A stretch of 15,071 nt of DNA from Candidatus Methylomirabilales bacterium. GTDB taxonomy: Bacteria > Methylomirabilota > Methylomirabilia > Methylomirabilales > CSP1-5. Shown in pieces: positions 13,467-15,071 of this stretch. The translations under genes and the position numbers were made by a program. Where the stretch lies: the NCBI GenBank assembly GCA_046758505.1, contig JBHIAH010000063.1, positions 1 to 15,071 on the forward strand. Reading direction: 5' to 3'. Within the stretch, counting starts at the first letter, position 1. Each line of letters opens with the position of its first letter. Below the pieces are notes generated by a model. It was not told the origin of the DNA and did no database searches. It saw only the letters and a program-made list of their open reading frames with translations.

Positions 13467-15062
13467 ATGAAGCGCCCACCTCAAGAGAGCCATCGTCCAC
13501 TCGTCTTCGGGCGGACGGGGATGATTGCGTCGGGACATCCCCTCGCCTCCTGGATCGGTGCCACTGTCCTTCGGGAGGGAGGGAATGCCATCGATGCCAT
13601 GGTGGCGGCGGGAGCGGCCATGGGGGTTCTTCGGCCCCACATGAGCGGCCTCGGCGGGGATGCCCTCACCCTCATCTACCTCGCCCAGGAGCAGCGCCTG
13701 GTCGCCCTGGAGGGTCTCGGGACGGCGCCGCAGAAGAGCCTCGGCGCCTTCCGGTCAGCGGGGCTCGCGCGCGTTCCGGACCAGGGCCTCCTTTCCGCGA
13801 CGGTTCCCGCGGCGGTCAAGGCCTGGACACGAGCCCTGGAACGCTACGGCACCCGCCCCCTGGCTTCGCTGCTCGCGCCTGCCGTCGCGCTGGCCGAAGA
13901 GGGCTTTCCGGTCAGCAAGAAGCTGGCGACCGACATTGCCGAGTACGTCTCGCAGCTGAGCGCCAGTCCCCACGCCCGCGCCCTGTTTCTTCCGACGGGG
14001 GTGCCCCTCCGCCCGGGCGAGAAGCTCGTCCAGAAGGATCTCGCGCAGACCCTCGCGCGCCTCGCCCAGGATGGAGACGCGGTCTTCTACCGGGGGGAGA
14101 TCGGCGGGGCCATCGCCGACTTCTGTCACCGACACGGAGGCCTCCTCTCCCGCGAGGACTTCGCGGCCTATGACGTCCGGTGGGTCGAGCCGGTGTCGGG
14201 AAGTTATCGCGGCTCAGTGATTTGCGCGTTCCCGCCCCCGAGTCAGGGCATTGCCCTGCTGGTGGCTCTCCACATGCTGGAGGCCTTCGATCCCGGCAAG
14301 CTGCGCTGGGGCGATTGGATTCATCTGCAGGTCGAGGCCAAGAAGCTCGCCTTCGCCGACCGGGATCGGTTTGTGGGGGACCCGGACCGGACGGCGCTCC
14401 CGGTCGCGCACCTCCTCTCTCCCCGGTACGCGGACGCGCGCCGCGCCCTCATCGATCCAAGGCGGCCGACCCGTCGGGTCCGACCGGGGGATCCCTGGAC
14501 CGTCGGGGGGGAGACGACCTATCTCGCTGTGGCGGACCGGATGGGGAATCTGGTTTCTCACATGCAGAGTATCTTTGCCCCGTTCGGCTCCGGCGTTGTA
14601 GCGGGGAAGACCGGGATCATCCTGAACAACCGCTTGAGTGGCTTCTCCCTGGATGGGGGGGTCAATCAATTGGAGCCGGGCCGGCGTCCGTTTCACACGT
14701 TGACCCCGATCCTGCTCTTCGCCCACGGACAGCCCCTCGTGGCCCTCGGGACGCCGGGGGCCCATGGCCAGGTCCAGAGCCTCCTGCAGATCGTAAGCTA
14801 TCTCTTGGATTATGGATTTGATTTGCAGGAGGCCATCGAGGTGTCCCGGTGGCGCCACGAGCGTGGCACCGGGCTCTTGATGGAGGCACGGGTCCCGCCG
14901 GCGGTCCGCCAGGGACTGAGTCGGCGAGGATACCGGATCCTCCTGGAGCCCGCCTGGGCGTGGCAGATGGGGGGTGCGCAGGGCATCCTGCTGGACCCGC
15001 ATACCGGCTTCTTGCGGGGGGCGGCCGATCCCCGTCGAGAGGGCTACGCCCTCGGCTGGTAA
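13467..15062 (+). CDS. ggt: Gamma-glutamyltransferase family (Ntn hydrolase), cytoplasmic type
   Basis: GGNAIDA, P.MSGLGGD, FYRGEI, GETTYLAVAD (nucleophile Thr350), FGSGVV...GIILNNR, PFHTL, GTPG, ADPRREG. No signal peptide. Confidence 0.93.
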   Translation: MKRPPQESHRPLVFGRTGMIASGHPLASWIGATVLREGGNAIDAMVAAGAAMGVLRPHMSGLGGDALTLIYLAQEQRLVALEGLGTAPQKSLGAFRSAGLARVPDQGLLSATVPAAVKAWTRALERYGTRPLASLLAPAVALAEEGFPVSKKLATDIAEYVSQLSASPHARALFLPTGVPLRPGEKLVQKDLAQTLARLAQDGDAVFYRGEIGGAIADFCHRHGGLLSREDFAAYDVRWVEPVSGSYRGSVICAFPPPSQGIALLVALHMLEAFDPGKLRWGDWIHLQVEAKKLAFADRDRFVGDPDRTALPVAHLLSPRYADARRALIDPRRPTRRVRPGDPWTVGGETTYLAVADRMGNLVSHMQSIFAPFGSGVVAGKTGIILNNRLSGFSLDGGVNQLEPGRRPFHTLTPILLFAHGQPLVALGTPGAHGQVQSLLQIVSYLLDYGFDLQEAIEVSRWRHERGTGLLMEARVPPAVRQGLSRRGYRILLEPAWAWQMGGAQGILLDPHTGFLRGAADPRREGYALGW

Positions 15063-15071
15063 CGTCGCCCC

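Noticed and set aside
1..15071. CRISPR array, IS/transposase, integrase, prophage, tRNA/rRNA
   Set aside because: I saw no regularly spaced repeats, terminal inverted repeats with a transposase, recombinase motifs, or cloverleaf/rRNA signatures.

Overview
High-GC bacterial chromosomal region with no rRNA, tRNA, CRISPR array or mobile element that I can support. The left ~6.4 kb looks like an undescribed sigma54-driven signalling cassette. Two inward-facing paralogues (375-1034 +, 4501-5166 -) each fuse a PC4/YdbC-like N-terminal domain to a C-terminal PilZ domain. They bracket a 2-TM protein, a TM-HAMP protein with no output domain, a REC-PAS protein with no output domain, and a 53-aa CPxCG zinc-finger gene missing from the ORF track. 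That small gene has its own promoter, structured leader and terminator. Four clear sigma54 (-24/-12) promoters lie within about 6 kb. The right part is more ordinary: DUF4126, a stand-alone Lrp/AsnC ligand-binding protein, GTP-dependent PEPCK, an alpha/beta hydrolase, a SAM methyltransferase, a small repeat lipoprotein, a USP, two small membrane proteins and a gamma-glutamyltransferase. All family calls are by eye from motifs; no searches were run.
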